From Mytilus trossulus (Eukaryota), in assembly GCF_036588685.1 (NCBI RefSeq), contig NC_086375.1, forward strand, positions 55,676,001 to 55,740,000: a stretch of DNA of 64,000 bases. The letters run 5' to 3'. Positions within the stretch are counted from its first letter, which is position 1; each line of letters starts with the position of its first letter. This document shows positions 36,781 through 49,700 of the stretch, in pieces. The position numbers were made by a program, and so were the translations under genes. The notes beneath the pieces are model-generated. The model saw nothing but the letters and a program-made list of their open reading frames with translations. It was not told where the DNA came from and made no database searches.

Positions 36781-39700
36781 ACAGTTGAAATTTCTCTTTA
36801 ATTTACGATTCCTTCTAGAAATGCTTTCCTCCGAGTAAGCTAGTAAGCACACTTATATTTTCTTATTTATCTTACAAATTCTTCTGAGCGTTAGAAGCTA
36901 TATATGACAAAAACGGCCTTAAAAAAAATCAATTCATTTGAAGTCAACTTTGCGTCTTAGTTTTTTAATAATTTCCAAAATTTCAAACGCGGAATTTTGT
37001 AATTGTATTTCATAAATCATGCAAGTACCGAAACCCTGACTATTGAACTGACGATACACTCGGAGACTAACAGTTCACGTACAGTGTTATTGATAAATGC
37101 AAAATACACTTTATAAACTGTGTGCGTCCTAAGTGCTCTTCTGAATCTACCTTCTTCGAGAACGCTCCAACCTCAATATTTGAAAGCCACTCAGGTACGT
37201 ATAAATTCGAAGAAACGTTAGGATTTATATTGGGCCAAAAAGGACCGGCATAGCTTCGTGCATCTAAGGTTAACTTTACCCGAGGGAGTTGGGGCCTTAG
37301 TTTTTGTCTCTTCTGCGCCACAAGTCGCGGAAAGCGAGACAGAGACAAGTGATTGCTTTCCGGCGACGGCTGCGATGACGGAGTCAACAATTGCTAAGTT
37401 TTCTGCTAATGTTAGTTTGGTAAAAGCGTTTTGTGATAGATCATCAGTATTATGTTTAAAAATGCATTACTAAATAACATTACAGTTTGAAAACAATGCT
37501 ATTTGAGGCTTAACACAATATTTGCAAGTAACACACTGTCCACACTAAGGAAACAGGTTGATAACCTCGGGTTTTGCTTCTGATTTATTTTCTTATGCTA
37601 ACTAACTGTTGTTGCTGTCTACCTTAAAGATATTATATTTTCCGACGGCTAACTGTAGTAACAAATATAAGTTAATGCGGCTTTCCTATAAGTATACTCC
37701 GTCCTGTACTGTTATTTTACTTTAAAACCAAATGGTATTTACCTTTTAATTTGACTATAATGTATGGGTTTTACCCATTGTAGAAGGTCGTACAGTTTCT
37801 ACATCGCCTTCTTTTGTATGGCTATGCAAATGTTGATGGATGTGCGCAAGTAAAGCGATCGCGCGAGTCTGTAATAGTTCAGGCTGATATCTTGACCAGG
37901 TACAGGGATCGTTGTTCGTTAATGTTTGTCTGTGATTGCACACTTTCTTGTAGGGTATTTTGTCTATTAAATATTTTACAGTCCTTCTTTTTTATTTCCT
38001 TTTATACGTTTCAGCAAATTGGTCCGGTGGTGTTTTTTCTTCTTTAAATTATGTGTTTGCGAAAGTCTTCAACTAGTTTATTTGGCTACCCATATAGCTT
38101 TATATATATAGTCGTCACAGCATTTTAGTCCTGCATTACAAATTATGCGTCTTCTTCAGTTTATTTCTTTGTTCAAGCAAAATATTGGGCCTCATGTTAC
38201 CAAACTTTACCTGAATTCTTCTTACGGAATTTAATTTGGACTTTTGGGTTTGATCCATCTCTGTACCGTTGAACCTTATGGTCAAGTTATGAGAATAAAG
38301 ATTAAAATAATATGGTCGTCTCAATTCGATAGCTTTTCTCACTTTCGCCGTACAAGCTCAATCGAGAAAATCCATCTCGTTGCGATGATCAACAATAATC
38401 TGTAAATATCGTATAGTTGGATATAAAAGACCCCGACATGAAAAATATAAAATAAATCAATTGAGAAAACTTATTGGTCTAGCTTATTTATAACAAAACA
38501 ATTCAAGAAAAACCGAATATGACAGATATGAACCGACGACAACTATTGAGCTACAGGCTCCTGACTTAGGACAGACACATGAAAATTTAATAGACAACTA
38601 TACTAACCGATCGTTCACAATTTTTCTGAGAACTCAATCCTAAAATTGTGATCTCCGGCGAACTGGGGATTTATAAAAGCATTTTAACATGAAGTATTAA
38701 ATAGAAGATGTGGTATGATGTGCCAATGAGACAACTATCCACAAAAGACCAAAATGACACAGACATTAACAACTATATGTCACCGTACGGCCCTCAACAA
38801 TGAGCAAAGCATATAAGTATGTTAACACAAAAGAACATACAGCAAATTTCGGTACAGTAAAAACACTAAATATTCTATCAAGGCATATCGAAAAACAAGA
38901 ATATACACTGGAAATCTTGCATGCAATTTTACATGGTTTTACACTAGTAATTTTGGGGCTTGATGTTCAGTTTCGGTGTGCGCCAGGGCTCCGTGTTGAA
39001 GGCAGTACATTGGCCTATAAATAATGGTTTACTTTTATAAATTGTTATTTGGATAGAGAGTTGTCTCATTGGCACTCACACCACATCTTCCTAAATTTAT
39101 ATATATATATAGGACCTTATATATATGACATGTGACGTTTCAGTATAACACAATCAAGTCCTTCTCAGTATTCTAATATTGGTGACAGTGCTTCATATAT
39201 GATTCCATACACCAACGCTACAAACAGTACAAGAAGACTAAAAAATGCAATGCCAAGATGAATTAATTGATATTGCTTAGATTTATAAATTCAGTATCGA
39301 AAAATATATATATCTCAAAGATACCAGGCTCGGTAACAGTTTGGGAATGACAGCCTACCACTGCCATGATAAGCTTGATCATGAACTTTATAATCAATTT
39401 AAATATCAATACTGTATTAAAAATGTTAAAAGCTGGATACGAAACTTTTTTTTTGTTGACTTTTTCAAATCACATATGGGTATATATGTCTCTGATCAAA
39501 TTATACACAGAAACTAGAAACAAATGGCCTGTCTGTGATATTATACCTCCAGACTGACTGTGATAAACTTTATATAGAGTCGGATTGATTTATAAAAGTA
39601 TTTCTCGGTTATACCTAAAGCTTATATGGTAATGTCACGTTCATTATATCCGAGGTGTCACTGCAACCAAGTGCATATCTTAAAAACTGAGAATGGTCAA

Positions 39701-40640
39701 CCACTTGTATCCGACCAAGGATTTGTATAGATCTAACTATACAAATCCTTGATCCGACAAATGAATATTTTAAACTTGGGTACCTGCTAATAATGAAAAG
39801 TAGTCTAAGGGGAATAACTCAGATGTGTTATTCAAGGGAAGTAACATTTTTTTGATCACGTGATCATTGTTTATACCGAAGGAAACCCGCCAACTTGCAG
39901 AAGAAACTGATGGAAGATTAATGGTAATAGTAGCTTCAAAAAGCAGTGGTTTGGTGTTTAATTTTCAAAGGATATCACATCTTCATCCTTTGTGAAAATG
40001 CATAAAGTATAGTATAGATATATGCACAGTTGAGAGAGTTTTTGATGTGATAAATGCTATTTTTCTTTGTCCGTGTCATAAATCACTCTGTTTTTAATCG
40101 CTTATACTCTGTACCACTAAATAGTAAAGTCATACCTGTAGTATACGCAAAATACTGTCCAAAAGAAGCATTATATGAAGGAAACTACCCAAATCCTCTC
40201 GACAGCATTCCGTTTATTGTTGGTGTAAGGGAGACAACTCCAAAAATGTTTAGCATTCAAAGTAGACCAGTCTATTTATATATATTTTATATTTTATCCA
40301 GTTTATGGATTGCATACACTGTCTTGTATATTTGTAATATGGATAGGATTTATTTGGTTTCCCCCTTTTCAGTTATAATTTGTTCAACATTTGAATAGAA
40401 ATAATTAGGTTCAAGATGTATCTTTATATTTTGCTGAATATGCATTGACATTGTAACTGTTCATATTAAAAACCTACATGTATGTGGGTAAACTAACATA
40501 CTAAAAGGACCAATAGAAGATTTCGGAAAACGAGTCAGCATATATATAGAAAAACTGTTAAATTTGGTGGATTTGAAATAACGAATAATTATATTAACTT
40601 AATAAGTTTGAATGCTAAAAATAGATATTATTTAAGAAAC

Positions 40641-40820
40641 ATTAAATTAAACTCCATGAGGTGAACCAACGCCTGTGTGAATCATTTCGGTAGAGTCCCT
40701 GAAGTGGATACCTTGGTATGCAGGGTTACGAATAAAAAATATTAAATTAAACTCCATGAAGTGAACCAACACCTGTGTGAATTATTTAGATAGAGTCCTT
40801 GAAGTGGATACCTTGGTATG
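40641..40820. repeat. Direct duplication of an 80-bp unit at 100-bp spacing
   Basis: ATTAAATTAAACTCCATGA...GGATACCTTGGTATG occurs at 40641-40720 and 40741-40820. Confidence 0.85.
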
Positions 40821-40833
40821 AAACATTATTAAG

Positions 40834-41427
40834 TACGGTGCAGTCCGGTGTATCCGGGCACCTAAGACTTATGACTTCACTTCATTCAACTGATAAAACC
40901 AATAATTGGTTAATTTAGTGTGAACACATTCATAACATACTTTTATTTCATAAAATCTTCTTTTTGTATGGTTTCATCCTTTAGATTTTGTGTAATGTGT
41001 GTCCAAAATTAGGAAAACCCCTGTTCTGAGAGTTCCTCCAATGTCCGGTGATTTCGCGCATGCCTTCCAAAAATAGCTTATTTGAAATAAAGGAAAGATT
41101 TTATACTACGAAATATAGCTCAGTTTGTACCAAACACACTCCCAAGGATGCAGAGCAAAAAATATTTCAATCTGATATTAATTTGACTTAAATAAAACAA
41201 AAATAATCTGATGATGTAATTTTTTTAATGGAAATTGGCAAAATATGGTAAATCACGGGATTGCAGTTATTAATTAATTCTTGAACTTATCAATTTTATT
41301 CTTTTTTATCCCTTCGGAAAGCTTAAACAATAACAAGTACGATTTTGTATGTGTTACTGTGTTGATATGACAAAATCAGCTAATGCGCGATATCACGGGC
41401 CGCGTGGACACCGGGGACTCCACTGTA
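40834..41427. mobile_element. Tc1/mariner(pogo)-type MITE
   Basis: TA|CGGTGCAGTCCGGTGT ... ACACCGGGGACTCCACTG|TA. Confidence 0.6.
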
Positions 41428-41655
41428 GTCAATAATATATTAGTGTTGAAAATAAACCAGATATAGTCAAAATACCAACACTTTTATTTGACCAAAAGAA
41501 AACAACTTATATATATATGGAAGTGTTTAACGACCTTGACAGGCTTTTCAGCCCTCGCACGGTCGGTAAAAAAAACAACTTGTATAAATAATCCTGATAA
41601 AAGCAATATTTAAGTGTGCAATAAAAACAATGTTGACAATTTTAATTCCTTATTA

Positions 41656-41900
41656 GGCCACACTTAAAAATATTTTGGTTTGCCCAAACCCTACCCAAAG
41701 GTTGAGACAGTGGGTAGGAAGATAGGCATTTTCTTTTTTTTCTTCAAAAAAAGAAATTGAAGTATCAGATGTTTGTAAGTCTTCATGCCTATTTAATAAA
41801 AAAAACCTCCTTTAAATCAGGACAATAAAAGAATTTGAGTATGCAGCTTTTTTCTGGGTAGGTAGCGTTTGGGCAAACAAACCTATAATTTATTATGGCC
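41656..41900. mobile_element. PIF/Harbinger (Tourist-like) MITE
   Basis: TTA TSD on both sides, GGCCA...TGGCC termini, inverted TTTGCCCAAAC/GTTTGGGCAAA. Confidence 0.75.
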
Positions 41901-42069
41901 TTAATTCATGTAACAAAATTTAAGTTTCCCTGGTCTTATGAAAATATAGACACATTGTTTTGAACTTTTGTGAACTTCATGTTTAAAACCAAAATTCAAA
42001 TACTGGTATGTTTTTCTATCTTATTGATATATTGTCTGTCCTTAAATGTATCTAAATGATTTGCCTGTG

Positions 42070-43487
42070 GGAACATGTCAAATCGGCACCCACAGTAAAA
42101 GTCAAATCAGCACCTGGTCAAATCGGCGTCTATTTAAAGTTAATTCCGCATCCATAATATTTGATATTTTAATAAATATAAATAATTCTAAAAATGTATA
42201 AATGAATGATCTATTTTGGGGGCCTGATTTTATCATGCTTTTCATTCTTAAAAAGAATCAAGCAGTTATAATACAAAAGTTAATTATTAGCTCACCTAGC
42301 CCGAAGGTCCAAGTGGGCTTTTCTCACCACTTGGCGTCCGTCGTCGTTAACTTTTTACATTTTGAACTTCTTCTAGAGAACCACTGAATGGAATGAAATC
42401 AAACATGGCATGAATGTTCCTTATGAGGTGCCGACCAAGTGTTGTTACTTTGTAGCCGATCCATCATCCAAGATGGCCGCCAGCGGGGGACTTAGTTTAA
42501 CATAGGACCGTATGAGAAATGCATACAAATGACTTTTTTTAGAGAACCACTGAATGGAATGAAATCAAACATGGCATGAATGTTCCTAATGTTGTGCTGA
42601 CCAAGTGTTGTTACTTTGTAGCCGATCCGTCATCCAAGATGGCCGCCAGTGGGGGACTTTTGAATAAAATTAAACATAGCCTGAATGTTCCTTTCCTTAT
42701 GAGGTTGTGTTGTCACTTTTAGCCAAATTTTATATTTTTTTATATGGTTTCAAAAACCCAAGTAGAATCAGGTGAGCGATACAGGCTCTTGAGAGCCTCT
42801 AGTTTAAAGTTTTCCCAACATTTATTGACTGATGTTTTATTTGATAAGTATTCTTTTTAATTAATTAATAACTTTAATCAAGTACAGTTATTAAGTTTGT
42901 TGTTTTAACTCAACAGTATATACATTGTACATGTATGTAGAGTTATTGATGTTTTGTTCTTCAAAAACTAATAAACAACGAAGCCCTTACCAAAGCTGTT
43001 TTAGGATGAGACAATTAGAAGCAATAAAATGGAAAACTATGAGTCCCTTTCACAAATTCAAACTTTGATGCAAAATAATAAGCAATTAAGGTATTTTTCA
43101 GGAAAGTTTAAACAGCATTAAACCAACAATCCTGCAAAATGCTCAAATGGTTATAAAATGCAGAAAAAATACCCAAGACCTCATCTCATATATAGAATTA
43201 GAAATACAGGTTTAATTGAGAGAAAAAAATATATACATGTACCTTAACCCCCTAAAATGTGAATAAAATTAAGTTAATATTTCTGGACAACCCCTTCCTT
43301 ATGTAAATTTTCTTGCGTAAATACTGAAAAATTTCTGAACAGCCCATTCCAACTGTTTTTACTTTAATAATCCTTTTAAAAATATATATTAAACAAATCT
43401 AACTTGGGTGCCGAATTGACTATATCAAGTGCCGATTTAATCTGGTGCCGATTTGACTATACCGTGTGCCGATTTGACTAGAATTCC
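42070..43487. mobile_element. MITE with repeated GTCAAATCGGCAC subterminal motifs, containing a HINE (42288-42805, 2 x ~167-bp core)
   Basis: Inverted motif arrays at both ends, GGAA...TTCC termini, and a possible degenerate 9-bp TSD (TTGCCTGTG/TTGACTCTC). The HINE has the same ends as the 24581 element. Confidence 0.7.
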
Positions 43488-43718
43488 TTGACTCTCACTT
43501 CAGTCATTGTCAGTTGTTTTACTCAATGCCAAAGAATTACATCACTTCTTTAGTTCCATAGTTGTAAGGGAAATTGTTCATTGAGAAATGCCCAAAAATG
43601 ACTAATCAGTCTTCCAATTAGCAATTTAGATATCAAAATGAACCAAAATTTGCATAATTTGAATATAAGAATTATTTCATACAGAACTAAGAAGTGGACA
43701 ACATCATCACAGAACAAA

Positions 43719-46700
43719 ATGGTAGGACGACCCAGAAAAGCAAAAGTAGATGCAGAGGCCAGATCCATGGCAGAGCCATCTTCAGAAATATCATTGTAAG
43801 TGTTGAAATATCTATAAAAACTAAAGAGATACATGTACAAATGTGTGCAACAATTTAAAAAAGGAATAGAAAAAAAGCCAAAGAAGGCATATATATTGAA
43901 GAAAGAATATGGATTTCTCTCTTTTTTGGTCTAAATTCTAAAATTGAATCTACATTGTCTATAATTTTTGTCAAGCCTTTGCCTTTTGTTGCAGAAAGCT
44001 TGACCAAAGGATAGTGATCTGACAGAAGTCAAAGGCTTGACAAATTATTTAGACAATGTAAATTCAATTTAAGACTACAAAACTTGCCAACTTCTTAAAA
44101 GCTTTATATTTAGCAATTGGTCATCTATATTTGGTGTATGAATGATTTTAAATATATTTCCCGGTTTGGTTTATCTGACCTTGACCTCGTTTTCTTGGAT
44201 CATGTTAAACTCTATATTTAAAATTTTTGATAATTAAATTACAAACTGATAAAGACTAATTTTTTTGGCTGATAAGTATGCATGGTGTATGAATTCATCT
44301 GTTCTATTATACATGTACATAATTTACAATTATATAGTGAAGTGGCAAATATTGCCTTATGTTTCTTAGCTTTACACCTGCAATATCTAATAAATAAATA
44401 TTTCCCTATAGACCAGAGAATGATGATGACAGTGACTTTGAAGAACCACCAGTAGTAACCAAAGGAAGAAAAAGACAGAAGAGAGGAGATGGACCAGTAA
44501 GTTTTTACTTCTAACAAACATAGGTCAACAACATAAAAATCATAGTGATGCATTGCCCTAATTATCTCCCTTGATTGGTGATTTTCGTACCAATATTTGT
44601 ATTTTTATGTCTAAACTACTTTTGAGCAATGTTGAAAGTGAGAACCTAAATAGAAAAATGAAAAGAACAGATCTACAAATAGTGAATCAGAGGACTTCTT
44701 ACCATGCTTACAGGTTCAATATCATAAATGATGTTTTCCACCACATTTTGTGGAAATAACATAGTAGATAGAGGAAACTCAATAGCCAAAATAATCAGCA
44801 TATTGATATCTAAAGATAATTTCAAAAAGAACAAGTGGTATGATTGCCAATGAGACAACTCTCTGCAAGAGACCAAAATGACATAAAAATTAACAACTAT
44901 AGGCCTTCAACATTGAGCAAAGCCCAGTCAACTTGATAAGTTATTGCTCTTGATTGATAGCTTATACCAGGTAATGTGCTTCTCTTGCCTGAAACCATAG
45001 GATATATTGTTATTGCATAAATAAATGAATAAAATAATGTCAGGTAAGTAATACTGGATACTTCAAGTACATATATTTTCTCTTTTAAACCCTTTTTTAT
45101 ATTTATCACTATTACTTTATATTTTGTCTATCTGCATTTGTATGCATTTAGCTTAGTGACATGTGTATATATTTTCTTTTTATATAATGAATATTTCGTT
45201 ACAGGCACCAAAAAGAGGCGGAGGAGGAGGAAGAGGACGTGGAAGAAAGAAAAGTGGAGGAGGGGGAGGGGCAGCAGTAGGGGGTGGAGCAGATGATGAT
45301 GCAGACTCAGGAACTGGATCTATATTTGACGTAGTTAAAGGAGGAAGATCTTCATTACAGGTATTGACAGAAAGTTTATCAATAGTTTACTTAAAAATGA
45401 GAGGATAGATATCTTCCATTACAAGTATTGTCAGATATTTGATCAGCATTTTACTTCATTAGAGTGGGACAGAAAGATGATCAAAGTATAGCATACTGTA
45501 AATTCCGAAATTATTTTTTCTCAAAATCGCTAAAATAGAAATTGCATTTAAGTCTAGAATAACAAAATCACAACGATTTCTGAATGTTCAGTAGTTGAAA
45601 GAGGAGATCATCCCTACAGGTTTTAATGGGAAATGGAACAATATTTTACTTAATATTATATATAGGATCATAATGTTCAGATTTTTTGATATTTTTTATA
45701 AAAAAAAACCTCCATGAAACAAGGATCTTGGGAGACATTCCTTTATGTTAAGATGATTTTTGATGATGCTGTTTAACAAATTGTGATCACAGCACATTTG
45801 CATGAACTTTATTCATATTTCAAACATGGTAAATTGTCAGAATAATTTCGGGTATTTTTTTGTTAATTTTTGGACACTTATAGCTGACTTTTCATTCAGG
45901 TCTTGATTATTTCAAGTTATTTGTGTTTTCTCTTTTAGAGTCTTGTTGATGACTGGATAGAATCCTACAAGAATGACAGAGATTCAGCTCTACTTGAATT
46001 GATACAGTTCTTCATCCAGGGATCAGGTTGTAAAGGAAAGATAACTCCATACATGTATGCTAACCAGGAACATGCAGAAATCATAAGAAGAATGACAGAA
46101 GAGTTTGATGAGGTAAAATAACATACCATAGTGTTTTGACTTCCCTTTTTTTATTGTTATTTCATCATATGCTCCAGAAATGTTTAAATGAGTAATATTT
46201 GTATCTGTATAAAAACAAACAGAAAAAAAACATGGACTTTTTATCTTAATTCTTTCCTTTTGTATGATAGATGGCATTGTATTATAGGTTTAATAAACAT
46301 TTACCTCTACAAAACAAAATGATTGCCATGAAATAGCACAATAGTTCTGAAAGTGACTTTTAAACACCAATCAATCAATTCGCTGTTTCAGAATCTAATG
46401 CATTCTGGGTTATATTTTCAAAAGTGTACACCAAAGCGTTGTGATCTGTTTAAAACGTTCTAAACAATCAAAATTCAACCAATGACGGAACGTTATTTTC
46501 ATTTTGAGGTACGAACAATGAAATTACCCATGATTCTTTAGATTCTGAAACGGCCAATTGATCAATATTAGATTTGTAATAATTTCTGATTTTCTGTTAT
46601 ATAGGAAAGTGGAGACTATCCATTGATAATGTCAGGTCCAATATGGAAAAGATTCCGTTCTAACTTCTGTGAATTTGTACAAGTACTAGTGCGACAGTGT

Positions 46701-49700
46701 CAGTACAGTATAATCTATGATCAGTACATGATGGACAATATCATATCCTTGTTGACTGGGTTGACAGATTCACAAGTCAGAGCTTTCCGACACACAAGTA
46801 CTTTAGCAGGTAAACAACACATACAATTAACAGTTACCAAAGAAATTTTTAAACCAAATGTAGAAATATCAACAATATTTAAGGAAAGAATAAGTAGGTT
46901 TTTCAATGTAAAAAGTGGCTTAAACTGAAAGTGATATAGCGTATATTGTACATATTGTTCTTGTATTTGCATTGTTCCTCTTTACATTTATCTGCAAATG
47001 CATTTTTGATATAATTATGAACTTAATTGTATTTGGGTTCCTGTTCGCCCTACTCTGTTTTGTGTAAACAAAACAATTATTGCAGCCTTTGCAGGAGCTG
47101 TACTAGAATGCATTCTAACTAGAAGATTTAGCAAGGATTATTAAAGTAAATGAGGATTTTAATCATGCGTAACATTTAGAATCATTAATCTTACCAAATA
47201 TCACTTATGTTGCATCTGTAACCAAAATTGATAAAGAATACCTAGCAAAATAAAAAAAAAATAATATATAGATAACACAGCTCTACTGATAGGATTTTAT
47301 TTTTGAAATAGTTTGAATCTGAATTGCTAAATATTTTCATTCTTGTATGATTTGAATGAGTAAGTAAAGAAAATATCGGTAAATTTGAAATAATGTGACT
47401 CTTTGTTTTCTAATAGCAATGAAATTGATGACAGCTTTAGTGGATGTGGCTTTGAATTTAAGTATCAACTTGGACAATACACAGAGACAGTATGAAGCTG
47501 AGAGACAAAAACAACAGATGAAGAGAGCTAATGACAGACTTGACATGCTGCTGACAAGAAGACAAGAGGTCTGGATAATGTGAAAAATTCAAAGACATCC
47601 GATATAAATCATGTTAAAAGAAATATCCATTTGAAGAAGCATTTTAATTACAAGAACAAAATTGTGTTATATAAATGCAAAAAAAACCCAATAATTTCAT
47701 TAAGCTTATCAAAGTTTGGTTGTAATTAGAACTATGTTTATCCTCCTAGTTTAACATGAAGAATTCTTTTATTTTTTTTCTTCAAAAAAATGATGATGCA
47801 TCAATGTTATTTTATCTATCTGACATGTTTCTTTCAGCTGGAAGAAAATCAGGCAGAAATCAGAAACATGTTGACCTATATATTCAGAGGAGTGTTTGTT
47901 CACAGATATAGGTAATAATTTTATTTATCGCTATTTTATGCATTTTTCCTTTGATTTTTTTTGCGATAATTTTTCATTAAATTATTGTTAAAAATTAAGA
48001 AGGCTGTGGCATTGCTAATGAAATTGCCATGAAATTGATAATGTCATCATAGGTAAAGGCGATAAACTGATTATTATTGGTCATCTTGACTCGATTGCTT
48101 TTCTAACTTTTTCAAGCGAGAAAATCAATCTTGTTGAGATGATCAACGATAATCCAACCAAAAGTTCAAAATTACATTTTAGAAAGTCCCATCATATCTA
48201 TAAATGTGGATTCTGACCATTGCAAAATATCTCTCCGCTTTGATTTTCAAAACTATGATATTTTTTTAATACTATTTTTCTTTAGCTATTGTTTAGAAAT
48301 TAAAAAAAGTTATTTAACTGTTTCTGGAGCAATGCAAGAATCTTGATTCAAAATTTAAAAAATCATGCATTTTGCAGATGTTGTTATGAAGCTTGGGATG
48401 GAAATAAAAAAGGCAAATCATAGCTTTATGAAATTTGTAAGCCAACAATTTTGAGATTAAAGGGATATTTGAGTCAGATAACCCACTTGACACAATTTTA
48501 TATCAAATCACATTGTATTTGATATATTAAACAAGAGAAAAATTATATTCTATTTAGCTTAAATTGGTAGTTTGTTAACATACAATGTATATGCCTTAAA
48601 ATCCGGTATTGTGTTTTACAGAGATACCCAGCCAGAAATCCGATCTATTTGTATGACAGAAATTGGTGTATGGATGAAGAAATATCCAAATATGTTTTTA
48701 GATGATGCATATCTAAAATATGTAGGCTGGACATTGTATGATAAGGTAATTCTTTGAACTGCTATAAAACATTTAGAAAATATAAAATCCAGTATATTGT
48801 TAAATAGAAATATCTGTGTGAATGGTCTTTCCATGATGGAAATAATATATGGTTAAATTTAGTTCATTTTACAGAAATGGGGAAAAAGTGATATTGTATA
48901 AACCTGATTACTTAAATAAATGGAAGCAATAAATGTTCTGTTTTACATAATTTCATCATGTTTTCATAAATATTTATTTAGGCATCTAAATTATTCGTTT
49001 ATTATAATTTTTCATTTATTGTAGATTGGTGATGTAAGGCAATGTTGTTTGAGAGCGTTGTATCCACTGTATGAAACAGAAGATTTGTCACCAAAACTAG
49101 AGTTGTTTACAAACAGATTTAAGGTGAGAAAATTGCACTTGTTATATGAATTGAAATCTGAATCTGTTCTTTTTGTCTTTATTTTTTGCAATGTTTGGTT
49201 AAAAAACGCACATTTGGGTTTCTATTTGAAATCTTTTTGGGAAGGTTAAGTCAAAGCATCTGTAAATAGACTTAAAGGACCTGGAAAACTTTTAGTTTTG
49301 GATTAAAAAAATGTGTCAGAAGATATCATCACTCATAAAATGAAGAGTAACTGACAATTCAATGTAAACAAATGAAAGAAAGCAAAAAGGCAAGACCTCA
49401 AAACACTACTAAAACTGAGGACTGAGCAACATGTCCCAACTAGAAAACAAGACATGATCTCCAGTATGCATATAACAAACATGAAGTTTCACTGTTAGTC
49501 ATATGTTTAAATACTGTACTATTGGCAACAGACCTAGAATTTATATGAAACTTTAACTTTTCTTACAACAACCATTTAGCCTACCATTCTTTATTCTTTT
49601 ACAATTGATTTTCAAGGTTTCATATAGATTAACATAGACTTTATTAAAAGGTTGATATAATTAGGGCCCCTATAGTGATCAGTCTGTCCATCCGTCTGTC

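Noticed and set aside
37020-37395. Telomerase RNA, RNase P/MRP, twister or HDV ribozyme identity for the structured island
   Set aside because: There is no CCCTAA-type template on either strand (AAACCCTGAC does not fit), no P4-forming CR-I/CR-V pair, and only partial motif matches (GAGTTGGGG, ATGCCGGTCC) without the required topology.
37067-37473. 107-aa (-) and 71-aa (+) ORFs as genes
   Set aside because: Non-ATG starts, no recognisable domain, and explicable by locally higher GC.
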